In this document: positions 43,815 to 53,548 of the stretch, piece by piece | Position numbering within the stretch: the first letter of the stretch is position 1 | Layout: every line of letters starts with the position of its first letter | DNA from: Myxococcales bacterium | GTDB lineage: Bacteria > Myxococcota_A > Polyangia > Polyangiales > DASUME01 | Direction of reading: 5' to 3' | NCBI GenBank assembly: GCA_047601445.1 | Contig: JASGJH010000001.1 | Span: forward strand, 1,024,001 to 1,088,000 | Length of the DNA stretch: 64,000 nt | Translations under genes and position numbers: made by a program | Notes under the pieces: model-generated | The model's input: only the letters and a program-made list of their open reading frames with translations | Databases searched by the model: none | What the model was told of the DNA's origin: nothing

Positions 43815-45224
43815 ATGGCCAAGTTGAAGACGGTCTATGTCTGCGCTGAGTGCGGCCAGAGCGCCCCGCGCTGGCTGGGGCGGTGTCCCAGCTGCAACGC
43901 CTGGGGCAGCCTGGCAGAGGAGCGCGAACGCAGTCCTGCCACGGCCACACGCCTGAGCGGTCACAGCGGAGGGGCGGGAGGCGCCGACGTCGACGCCAGC
44001 CGGGGCAAGCCTGTGAAGCTCTCCGAGGTCCAGCCCGACGGCGCCCGGCGCATGCCCACGGGCATCGCGGAGCTCGACCGTGTGTTGGGGGGCGGCCTGG
44101 TCGGGGGAGGCGTGGTGCTGGTGGGGGGCGACCCGGGCATTGGCAAGTCCACGCTGCTCTTGCAGGCTCTCGCCGGGCTCGCGGCCAACGGTCAGCGTGC
44201 GCTCTACGTCACCGGTGAAGAGTCCGGGGCCCAGGTGGCGCTGCGCGCTGCGCGCCTCGAGTGCGAGGGCGTGCACAGCGTGGAGGTGCTAGCGACCACC
44301 GAGCTCGAGCAAATCGAGGACGCCATGGCGAAGGCGCGCCCGTCGGCCATGGTGGTGGACAGCATCCAGACCATGCGCTGCGCCCAGCTCGAGTCGAGCG
44401 CGGGCACTGTGAGCCAGCTGCGTGAGGTCACCGCGCGCTTGGTGGACAACGCCAAGGCCCACGGCATCGGCGTGTTCTTGATCGGACACGTGACCAAGGA
44501 GGGCGCCATCGCCGGCCCCAAGGTGCTGGAGCACCTCGTGGACACGGTGCTGGCCTTCGAGGGCGATGCCACCTTGAGCTACCGCATCGTACGCACCACC
44601 AAGAACCGCTTCGGTGCCGCCCAGGAACTCGGCGTGTTCGAGATGGTGCGCGAGGGATTGCGCGAGGTACAGGACCCGAGTCGCCTGTTTCTCTCGGAGC
44701 GCCCTCAGCACGCCGCGGGGTCAGTGGTGGTTCCAACCGCGCAAGGGCAGCGTCCCCTGCTGGTGGAGGTCCAAGCGCTGGTGGCTCCGGCCGCGTACGG
44801 CGCGTCGCGCAGAGTGGCCACCGGCCTCGATGGCAATCGCCTGGCCATCCTGCTCGCGGTGCTCGAGCGCAAGGCGCATGTGCAGGTGCTGGATCAGGAC
44901 GTGTTCGTGAGCGTGGTGGGTGGAGCGCGCGTGGATGAGCCCGCAGTCGACCTCGCGCTCGCCGCCGCGATTGCTTCGAGCTTGCGCGACCGCCCGGTGC
45001 GTCATGACACCGTGTTGTTCGGGGAAGTGGGACTCACGGGGGAGGTCCGCTCCGTACCGCGTGCGGGCCAGCGCCTCGCCGAGGCGCGGAAACTGGGCTT
45101 TTCGCGGGCTATTTTGCCCGAGAGCTCGCTCGAGCGCCTACGCGCGGAAGAGCGCACCGGGCTCGATCTGGTGGGTGTGCGGACGCTCGCGGAGGCCTTG
45201 CAAGCCGTGTTCGGAGCGCGCTGA
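43815..45224 (+). CDS. radA: DNA repair protein RadA/Sms
   Basis: CAECG...CPSC, GGDPGIGKST, KNRFG, GEVGLTGE. Confidence 0.97.
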   Translation: MAKLKTVYVCAECGQSAPRWLGRCPSCNAWGSLAEERERSPATATRLSGHSGGAGGADVDASRGKPVKLSEVQPDGARRMPTGIAELDRVLGGGLVGGGVVLVGGDPGIGKSTLLLQALAGLAANGQRALYVTGEESGAQVALRAARLECEGVHSVEVLATTELEQIEDAMAKARPSAMVVDSIQTMRCAQLESSAGTVSQLREVTARLVDNAKAHGIGVFLIGHVTKEGAIAGPKVLEHLVDTVLAFEGDATLSYRIVRTTKNRFGAAQELGVFEMVREGLREVQDPSRLFLSERPQHAAGSVVVPTAQGQRPLLVEVQALVAPAAYGASRRVATGLDGNRLAILLAVLERKAHVQVLDQDVFVSVVGGARVDEPAVDLALAAAIASSLRDRPVRHDTVLFGEVGLTGEVRSVPRAGQRLAEARKLGFSRAILPESSLERLRAEERTGLDLVGVRTLAEALQAVFGAR

Positions 45225-45233
45225 CCGAGGGCG

Positions 45234-46775
45234 CTATTCACGCGGCTTGAGGAGCACGGGGTAGGCACCCGGGCCGCTACGCCGACGCGCCTTGGCGCAC
45301 TCTTCGTCGCTCAGTCGTTTGGGCCCCGTGACGCGTCCCTGACGTGCATCGGCATCCATCAACAGCCACGGCCGATCGACCCCGAGGTTGTCCGGATGGA
45401 ACGCTTCGTCGAGCAGCACGTGACCGAGTTCGTGGGCTTGAACCCAGGCCTGGCGCTCGTAGCGCACCGCGTTGCGATCGAAGATCAAGGTGTTGGCCAG
45501 GCTGCTGCCATCCGCCTCGATGAAGGCCTCGCCTTGGCGGTCCCGGTTCACGAAGCGATTGATCAGGAAGACGTCGATGGTGGTCGGGTCGGAGTCTCCG
45601 AGCAGTTTGATCAGCGTGCGCTCTTCGAGGGTGCCCGTGGCCGCCAGGGTGTTGTCGAATTCATCGATGCCATCGGCCAGATCCACGTGACCCACGGCCA
45701 CTCGCTGCTGCGGGTCGCTGCTCAAGGGCACACCGGGCTCCTCGCTCACGCGCGCGAGCAAGCCATGACGGTCGCGCATCACGATGTCGGCGCTGGAGCC
45801 GGCGCCGAGCTCGGCGCGCGGGTTCACGGTGACCTCGGCGCGGAAGCCCGCTGCGCGCACTGCGCGCGCAATGGCCAGCGCAGTCTGCTCGGGATTCGCG
45901 CCCGGGCGCGTGGTCACCGGCGCGATGCGGGTGCCGTTCACGCGGAAGCTCACGGTTCCGCCGCCCTGGGCCGGCAGGCCATCGAGCTCTCCCACCGAGA
46001 GCAGCGCGGGCGGAGGCGGATCGACCACCCGCACCTCTGCCTGCATGGGGTCACCGAACTCGATGAAGCACTGAGCCCAGATCTCGTTCGCGATCTCCAC
46101 TTGGCTGCGCGCCAGTTCGGCGGCCTCGCTCTCGCGGTCCCCGACCACCGGAGGTCCCCCACGGTGCAGTCGCAGCACCGTGACGCGCAGGGTGCCCTTG
46201 AGCACCTGCCGCGAGCTGTCGCTGCTGTCCGAGACACCCACCGGCAGCGCCGCGCTCAACGTATGGTTTCCACGCTCGACCACGGCACGGATGGTTCCAC
46301 GCAGTCGCGCGCGCAGGAGCTGGCCCCCGATGTCGGGAGCCGAGGCGTCGGTCGCGTCCGTGACGAGACGGATGAAGGGCGAGCGGAAGCGCGGCTGGTC
46401 CCCCACACGCACGAGCGGTACGTGGCGCAGTACGCCGTCGATGCTTCCGTCGGGACCCAGCGATTCGATGCGCGCGTAGACGACGCGGGCGCGCTCGTCG
46501 GCGTCGAGGAGCTCGAGGCGGAAGTTCTCCGGATCGGCGCTCTGCTCCTCCGCACGCGCCGAGCGCGACAGCGTGCTGTCATGGGTGATGTGTCGCGAGA
46601 TGCCCAGGGCCTGCTTGGGAGCGAAGACCCGGTTGTGCGCATCGAGCATCTGCACGCTCGCCGACGAGGTGGGCGCGGCAGCAGGCGCGCTCTGCGCATG
46701 AGCGGGCAGGGCAGAGCACACAGCTCCCACCCAGAGCGCACCGAGTCCCAGCCAAGACTCAGCGCGCCGCTTCAC
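45234..46775 (-). CDS. Secreted protein with C-terminal metzincin-like motif
   Basis: Signal peptide (AHA-Q); QAHELGHVLLDEAFH followed by WLLMD. Confidence 0.65.
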   Translation of the reverse strand: MKRRAESWLGLGALWVGAVCSALPAHAQSAPAAAPTSSASVQMLDAHNRVFAPKQALGISRHITHDSTLSRSARAEEQSADPENFRLELLDADERARVVYARIESLGPDGSIDGVLRHVPLVRVGDQPRFRSPFIRLVTDATDASAPDIGGQLLRARLRGTIRAVVERGNHTLSAALPVGVSDSSDSSRQVLKGTLRVTVLRLHRGGPPVVGDRESEAAELARSQVEIANEIWAQCFIEFGDPMQAEVRVVDPPPPALLSVGELDGLPAQGGGTVSFRVNGTRIAPVTTRPGANPEQTALAIARAVRAAGFRAEVTVNPRAELGAGSSADIVMRDRHGLLARVSEEPGVPLSSDPQQRVAVGHVDLADGIDEFDNTLAATGTLEERTLIKLLGDSDPTTIDVFLINRFVNRDRQGEAFIEADGSSLANTLIFDRNAVRYERQAWVQAHELGHVLLDEAFHPDNLGVDRPWLLMDADARQGRVTGPKRLSDEECAKARRRSGPGAYPVLLKPRE

Positions 46776-47425
46776 AACACCTTGAAGGGCCAGGCCCCCA
46801 CGGAGCCGTCACGCAGCAGGCGTTCGGCCGAGGGCGCCACACGCGATGTGCGCGAAGCTTCGGCGTACACCACGCTGCGTAGGCGGTCGCTGGCCTTGGC
46901 GTAATCATCGTTCACGATGACGTAGTCAGCCAATCGATAGTGCTCGATCTCCACGCGTGCCTTGGCGAAGCGACGCTGGATGGTGGCCTCGTCATCCGTC
47001 GCGCGGCCACGCAGGCGCCGAGCGAGTTCGTCGAGCGACGGAGGCAGGATGAAGACCCCGACGGCTTGCGGGAGCTTGCTCTTGATCTGGCGAGCTCCCT
47101 GGTAGTCCACATCGAACACCACGCCCACCTTGCCCTCGGCACGGGCGCGATCGAGCTCTGCAACGCTGGTGCCGTAGTAGTTGCCGTGCACCTCGGCCCA
47201 CTCCACGAACTTCCCCAGCTCCACGCGGCGCTGGAACTCCTCGCGGTCGATGAAGAAGTAGTCGCGACCGTCGACCTCCGTGGAGCGCGGCTTGCGCGTG
47301 GTGCAAGACACCGAGAACGTGAAGTCCTTGAAGTGTCGCAGCAGATCGCGCGTGAGCGTGGTCTTGCCGGCCCCGGAGGGCGAGCAGATGATCAGCAAGA
47401 GCAAGTCTGAACCTGGATCATCCAT
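46772..47425 (-). CDS. gmk: Guanylate kinase
   Basis: SPSGAGKTT, SCTTRKPR..EVDGRDYFF, EWAEVHGNYYGT. Confidence 0.96.
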   Translation of the reverse strand: MDDPGSDLLLLIICSPSGAGKTTLTRDLLRHFKDFTFSVSCTTRKPRSTEVDGRDYFFIDREEFQRRVELGKFVEWAEVHGNYYGTSVAELDRARAEGKVGVVFDVDYQGARQIKSKLPQAVGVFILPPSLDELARRLRGRATDDEATIQRRFAKARVEIEHYRLADYVIVNDDYAKASDRLRSVVYAEASRTSRVAPSAERLLRDGSVGAWPFKVL

Positions 47426-47573
47426 CGCAACTACATCTCCAGCGGCGGGCCGCCGCGTGCTCCAGTTGTGGCGCAAACGATAGCCGCCCAGCGTAGCGCA
47501 CTTCAATAGGCGCCGTCGGTCGAAGCGGCAGGGACCGCCCGCGAGCCAACAGGCCGCCGGTTCGCAGGCTAGG

Positions 47574-48476
47574 TCACAGGAGGTTTTGGACCTGCTCCCG
47601 AATACGCTCGAGCTCGGCCTTCATCTCGACCACCCGATGGGCGATCCCGGCGTCGTTGGCCTTGGAGCCGATGGTGTTCACCTCGCGCCCCAGCTCCTGC
47701 ACCAGGAAATCCAGCTTCTTTCCCACGCCGTCCGAGCCCCCGCTCAAGCTGCGCTCGAACTCGGCCAGATGGCTGTGCAGCCGCGTGAGCTCCTCGGCGA
47801 TGTCGGAGCGTTCGGCGAACCAGGCTACTTCTTGGGCGAGCTTGCCAGGGTCAGGCTCGAGACCACTCCCTTCGAGCAGCTTCTCGATGCGCTTCAACAT
47901 GCGCTGCCGTGCGCCGTCCAACAGCGCCGCGCGCTGCGTCGCGATTTCGGTTGCCAGGCTCCCGAGTAAGCTCAGACGACTGCGCAGGTCGGCGACCAAC
48001 GCCTTGCCCTCGCGAGCACGCATGCCGTGCAGCTCGCTACATGCCCGCAGCGTGGTGGCACGCAATACGGACTCTGCCTCGCTGAGGTCGAGGCGGGCCC
48101 GCGTCGCGAAGATGCCCGGCATCGAGAGTAAACTACCGAACGCCAGCGGCTCTCCGGGCGCGACCTCATCTCGCAGCGCCGCGAGCTGTGCGTACACCGC
48201 GGCAACGCGCTTGGTGTCGATGCTGGCGGGGGCGAGGGTAGGCGTATCCCAGCGCACCACGGCCTCGACCCGCCCGCGACTCGCGTGGGCACGAATGGTC
48301 TCTTCCACCACGCCCGCGTAGTCGAGCAGCTCGGTGGGTGTGCGGACACGAACGTCGAGATGGCGGTGATTCACCGCGCGCAGTTCCACACGCAACGCGC
48401 CTTCAGCCAGCTTGCCTTCGGCCGCGCCGAAGCCAGTCATGCTCAGCACCGAGCTGGTCGTTGCGTCACTTTTCAT
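47574..48476 (-). CDS. yicC: YicC/YloC-family endoribonuclease
   Basis: SMTGFG, VNHRHLD, DIAEELTRL, GKKLDFLVQE..REVNTIGSK, REQVQN. Confidence 0.93.
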   Translation of the reverse strand: MKSDATTSSVLSMTGFGAAEGKLAEGALRVELRAVNHRHLDVRVRTPTELLDYAGVVEETIRAHASRGRVEAVVRWDTPTLAPASIDTKRVAAVYAQLAALRDEVAPGEPLAFGSLLSMPGIFATRARLDLSEAESVLRATTLRACSELHGMRAREGKALVADLRSRLSLLGSLATEIATQRAALLDGARQRMLKRIEKLLEGSGLEPDPGKLAQEVAWFAERSDIAEELTRLHSHLAEFERSLSGGSDGVGKKLDFLVQELGREVNTIGSKANDAGIAHRVVEMKAELERIREQVQNLL

Positions 48477-48522
48477 TTTTACAACGTCTCTCGAGGCCGC
48501 CGGCAAGGTGCCTTGCAGATTC

Positions 48523-49035
48523 TCAGGTGAGCCCCTTCTTGCGCTTCAAATCACCCATGATGCGCTGGTACTCAATCTCGAATGTGGCCGTGCCTTCCTC
48601 GAGGTTTTTGATCTTCGAGCGCACTTCTTCGTCGAGTTCTCCGCCGACTTCCATGTGCTTCTTCAAGATCGGCGCGATCTTTTTCCGTAGTTCGGTGTCG
48701 TCAGCGTAGATTTCGTCGACATTCTTGCTGTGAAAGAGGATGTTCATGATCTGTTCCAGCAAGTAGGGCAGGATGTCGTCGCTCTGGGGGGCGGCCTTCT
48801 CCTTGGCGACTTGGTTGCGCAGCTTGCTGAGCTGGGCGTAGGGCAGGCCACGTGCTTCGAGCCGGTTCTTGGCCTCATCGGCGATGGTCCGCTCGAACCG
48901 GAGGTACTCCTTGAGCACCGATTCCACATCCAGCACGACCTCGTTGGGCTGCTCTGTCTCGACGTCCCCCTCGGAGGTCAGGACGCGAACGATCTCCTCT
49001 GAAATCGTGGGGATCTTGCCGCTAAAAAGACGCAT
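48523..49035 (-). CDS. DUF507-family protein
   Basis: MRLFSGKI, DEIYADD..LRKKI, EEVRSKIKNLEEGT, C-terminal KRKKGL. Confidence 0.75.
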   Translation of the reverse strand: MRLFSGKIPTISEEIVRVLTSEGDVETEQPNEVVLDVESVLKEYLRFERTIADEAKNRLEARGLPYAQLSKLRNQVAKEKAAPQSDDILPYLLEQIMNILFHSKNVDEIYADDTELRKKIAPILKKHMEVGGELDEEVRSKIKNLEEGTATFEIEYQRIMGDLKRKKGLT

Positions 49036-49343
49036 GGCCGCTCATCCTGGTTCTTCCGGTACGCGTGAATGCGCCCTTCGAATGTCGCTCTTTCAAGGCT
49101 CTTTCCGAGTCTTTACCAGCACGGACCGATGCGAAATGCCCCAGCCCCATGCTGGCGGGGAAGGTACCCGCCTGGTTCCAGGGCGTCAATGTATGGTGCT
49201 CTGTACCTTACGGAATTCTTTGGAGTATGTCGGGCGCAGAAGGGCGCAGCATTTGCGCTAACGATCACGAAACATCCTTGACCTTCGTTCTCATAAAACC
49301 GCACCATAACTGTGTAGTTGTAAATTCAGAAGTTGGGGGCTGT

Positions 49344-50090
49344 ATGGACCATCGCGATCAACCTGTGTACCGCGACTATCTGGGCGCGGCGCGCGCTGCA
49401 TCCGATCAGGAGATGCGCAAGCGGCACATCATCGGCCGCTGTTCTTTGTTCAATGGACTGGATGCGGACGCCGTCGATGAGGCCGTCCGCCAGAGTGCGG
49501 TTGTAAAGGTCGCACGCCGCCGGCCGATCCACTCCCAGGGTGAGGCTGGTAACTTCCTGTACATCGTGGGAAGTGGTCGAGCACTCGTGGTGCGGCGCGC
49601 CGACGGTGAACGTGAGTTCACGGTGGCCTACCGCGGCGTGGGCGACGTCGTGGGCGAGACCCCGCTTGCCGTGGGTGGAGCCCACCGCGACGGAGCCATC
49701 GCCATCGACCAGCTCGAGGTGTTGCGCTTGCCCATGCGCCTCATCACGGACCTGATGGAGCGTCACCCGCGCCTCAGCTTCTCCATGATGCGCATGATGG
49801 GCGAGCGCCGGATGGAAGCCGAGCGTCGCATCGAGGCCCTGCTCTCGCGCACCGTCGAGTCGCGCGTGGCGGACTTCCTGCTCCGCGCGGCCGAGTCCCA
49901 CGGTATCCCCGAGAGTCGCGGTCGGTTGATCGGTGTGAAGTTCACGCACCAGGAGATTGCGAACTACGTGGGTTCCACGCGTGAGACCGTGACCCTGACC
50001 CTTGGCGACATGAAGCGCCGCGGCTTGATCCTCTTCGATCACCGTCGTGTGGTGGTCCAGGATGAGGAGGCACTTCGGAAGCTCGCGTGA
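49344..50090 (+). CDS. Crp/Fnr-family transcriptional regulator
   Basis: cNMP-like domain (GDVVGE), VESRVADFL, HTH THQEIANYVGSTRETVT; ATG follows GGGGG. Confidence 0.92.
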   Translation: MDHRDQPVYRDYLGAARAASDQEMRKRHIIGRCSLFNGLDADAVDEAVRQSAVVKVARRRPIHSQGEAGNFLYIVGSGRALVVRRADGEREFTVAYRGVGDVVGETPLAVGGAHRDGAIAIDQLEVLRLPMRLITDLMERHPRLSFSMMRMMGERRMEAERRIEALLSRTVESRVADFLLRAAESHGIPESRGRLIGVKFTHQEIANYVGSTRETVTLTLGDMKRRGLILFDHRRVVVQDEEALRKLA

Positions 50091-50125
50091 TCTGATACGT
50101 TCGCACCCCCAACTGAGAACGAGGG

Positions 50126-50158
50126 AAGCCCACCGGAAGGTCGTCCGGTGGGCTTTTT
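50126..50158 (+). terminator. Intrinsic terminator
   Basis: AAGCCCACCGGA-AGGTCG-TCCGGTGGGCTT followed by TTT. Confidence 0.85.
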
Positions 50159-50264
50159 GCGTTGTGGCCCTGGCTAGCTCGAGCTGCCCGCCGCTTCATG
50201 CCTCGCGCGAAACCGACGACCAGGTCAGCATCGCAGAGCTGATCGCGGCCCAGCGGCCCCGAAA

Positions 50265-53200
50265 CTACTCCGCCGCGAACTCGTCGAAGGCGTCGGTATC
50301 GTGCTCGGGCGTCTCGAGCAGGGCGCCATCTTCGGCGTCACGGCGAACCACGAAGGTCTGCCGGGTCACCACGTCCTGGTTTTCGCGGGCGAACACGCTG
50401 ACATAGTTGATACCAGGCTCGAGCGGCACCTCGGTGGCGAACTCGAGGGACTTCGTGTCGGCTCCGGGGTTGCTCTGGTAGAAGACCTTGCGGGCCCCCA
50501 CGAAGATGTAGAGGTCGCGGATGCGCGCGTCGTCGTTGGCCTTGCCGGTGAGCTTGAGCGTCTTGGATCGCGTCACCGGATTCTGGCCGTAGTCGACCGT
50601 GAGCCGCGGCGGCATCTTCGAGCGCTCGAACACCAGCTTGCCCCCCGCGGCGCCGCCTGCTGCCACCACTGCGCTGGCGGGGACCCAGCCCGGGCGACCG
50701 TCGCCTAGAGCGACTCGGACGTAGTCGTTGAGCGTTGCTTCCGAGGGCAGGCTGAGGTTCCCTCCGGAGGCCTTGGCGATGGCACGCGATCCCTGCGCAG
50801 GGGCGGCGTAGATCGAGGTGCCGTCCTTGATGAGCACCGGTCCGGTCTTGGCGGTGAGGGCATCGGCGGACTTGGCCTCGATCGGGATGCGGAGCTTCTC
50901 GGAGGCGTACTCACGCAGCGAGGTATCGGCCACGGAGATCTCGATCTCGGCGTGGTCGCCCTCGAAGTCGGGCAGGACGTCGAACGTGAAGGCGACCCGA
51001 CGCGACTCGCCCGCGGGCAGCTCCTTGAGCTCGAAGCGACCATCGCGCAGCAGGACACCCGGTCCGCCCAGGTTACGCAGGTTCGCCGTGACCTTGAGAG
51101 CCTTGCCGCGGCCGGTGTTTTCGACGTCGAAGAACACCGTCGCGCTCTCACCGCGCTCGATGCGACCGTCGCCGTCACCCGCTGGATCGGCCACCTGGTA
51201 CTCGTAGGAGAACTGGGGGCGCGGCAACGAGCTGACCTTGGTGCGGATCTCCGCGGCGGCAGGCGGGTGACCGTGTGCCTCGTCGAATTTGATGCGGATG
51301 CCATCGGCGCGGTCACTGGCGTCTTCCGGCAGGATGCACTTGCGCTTCTTGTCGGGCTCCGTGGTGCACAGGCCGAGGGTGGTGGACCACTCACGGGTCT
51401 CGCCGGGAGCCAGCTTGCCGAACACGAGCTCGCGCCCCGAAAACAGCTGGTAGTCGCTCTTGGTCTCCGCGCGCAGACGATAGAGCGTGCTCTTGCCCTT
51501 GTTGGTCACGCGCACCTTGAGGTCGAACGGCTGCCCGGCCACGCCCGAGGCGGCCGAGGTGCTGGGCACGATCTCGAGCTCCGCGGGGCCCGAGTCGGTG
51601 CCCACGGACCAGTCCACCCCGAGTCGCTTGAGCTCGGCGATGGCGCGATTGAGTTCCTTCTCACTGGCCTCGTTAATGACGGGCGTGGCGTCCGCGAGCA
51701 GCTCCTTGCGGCTGGCATGGGTGGCGCGGGCGAGAAGGTCGCGCGAGAAGCTGGTCAGGAACTCGTCCTCCTGCGCGTTCTCCGGATTGTCCTCGGGGGC
51801 GGCCGACCGGATGGCCTCGCGCGTGGCGGGCGGCAGGTAGTAGCGCATCACCACCGTGGATTTGCGCTCCTCGGCCGCGCGGTCGTTCGTCAGGTGGCGA
51901 CGCAGGTCGCTCTCCCGCGTGTACACGTCGTCGACGGCCAGGTCCATGTCCTCGCTATCAACGGTCATGGGGTCGATCGCGATATCGGGGACGATACCGA
52001 CGCCCTGGATGGAGACATCGCCAGGGGTCAGGTACTGGGCGATCGTGAGTTTCAAGGCTGAGCCGTCGTCCGGGAAGTCGTAGAGCAGCTGGACGGATCC
52101 CTTGCCGAAGGTGGTCTGCCCCACCACGAGGGCACGGTCGTGGTTCTGGAGGGCGCCGGCCACGATTCTCACTGGCCGAGGCGCTGCCGCCGTTCACGAG
52201 CACCACCATGGGGTAGTTCGGCTCCGTGCCTTCACGGGTGGCGAACTTCTCGTCGCGCTGACTCGGGTCGTTGGACGAGGTGGTGACGATGGTGCCGCTG
52301 GTGAGGAAGGCGTCCGCGATGCGCACGGCCTGTTCGAGCAGACCGCCCGGGTTGTCGCGCAGGTCGAGCACCAGGCCCTTCATGGGCTGGCGGTGCAGCT
52401 CTGCGAGCGCGCGCTCCATGTCTTCGTGGGTGTTGCCCTGGAAGGAGCTGATCTTGATGTAGCCGATGCCGCCCGAGAGCATCTTGGACTCCACCGAGTC
52501 GAGGTGGATGATGGCGCGGGTCAGCTTGTACTTCTTGGGCTTGGCGTTGGCGCCGCCGGCGGACTCCCTGCGCACCCACACGTCCACGCTCGAACCCGGG
52601 GTGCCACGCAGGCGCTTGACCGCCTCGTCCAGGGGCATGTTGAGGGTCGACTCTTCGTCGATCTTCACGATGCGATCGTTCTTGAGCAGGCCGGCCCGCT
52701 CGGCCGGGGTGCCGGGCAGCGGGCGGATGATGGTGAGGAGGCCCTCCCGCAGGGCGATGACGATGCCGAGGCCTCCGAACTGGCCGCGCGTACTCGTGCG
52801 CATCTCGTTGTAGACGTCCGGGGTGAGCAGCACCGAGTGTGGGTCCAGGGTGCGCAGCATGCCGTTGGCGGCCGCGTACTCGACGTCGCGCAGCTCGAGG
52901 TCCTCTTCGCGCAAGTTGTCCTGCAGGAACCCGAAGATCTCGCGAAAGCGTTCGGTGAGCTTCCAGGGGGCCGTCACGTCGTCGACGCGGAACTCGGCCG
53001 TCTTGTCGTAGAGCTTGATTTGAACCTTGGGGTCGCCCTCGTGGTAGTGGACGAGCACCGGGGCCACGGCGCGCTGGATGGCGTTGAGGCCACCGAGCAG
53101 CATGCGCCGCGAGTCCACGCGGTCGGGTTCGACGTAGGACTCTTTGACCTTGAGCACCACACGACTCAGCACACGCAGGCGGCGCAGGTCGTAGGACTCC

Positions 53201-53346
53201 TGCTCTTTGGCGGCCTGGGCACGCGGGGAGCCATCGATATTGAAATCGAGGGCGTTGTCACGGGGCCAAACGAAGGTGACCCCAAAGGCAACGAGCACGG
53301 CGGCGAGTGCGAGCAGGGGCCTGTAAGAGCGGAAGAATCGGCGCAT
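50265..53346 (-). pseudogene. Large S41 carboxyl-terminal protease with PDZ and C-terminal Ig-like domains (MXAN_5808-like), split by one extra base at about 52166 (probable sequence error)
   Basis: LDPHS, FGGLGI (PDZ), DLRDNPGG and SASASE in one frame; IVAGALQ and TFGKGSVQ in the other; removing one base gives 1026 aa. Confidence 0.88.
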
Positions 53347-53395
53347 GAACTAGGGCTTCTGCGGGTCTATGCCGTGAGGCCGCCGCGATTCCGGG

Positions 53396-53404
53396 AGTAT
53401 AGCA
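53396..53404 (-). promoter_or_regulatory. Extended -10 element for the S41 protease gene
   Basis: TGCTATACT on the minus strand about 50 nt upstream of ATG 53346. Confidence 0.45.
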
Positions 53405-53548
53405 TTGGGATGAGAGCTCCCGACACGATGCTACGCTCGGCACCCGGCCGACGCGGTTGGCTCGACCCGCACCACATATGGGCGGGCGGCCCCCAGCACG
53501 ACCAACCTTGAAGCGTTCATCAGGAGCGCTCCCTGTCCCGAGGCTTGA

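Noticed and set aside
42060..44276. Long antisense ORFs (also 4715-5995, 28682-29920, 45396-46904, 52102-53511)
   Set aside because: Shadow frames expected opposite real genes in high-GC DNA; no recognisable motifs.
49344..50090. Naming the Crp/Fnr gene mrpC
   Set aside because: No mrpAB neighbours and the helix is generic CRP-like; orthology cannot be supported by eye.
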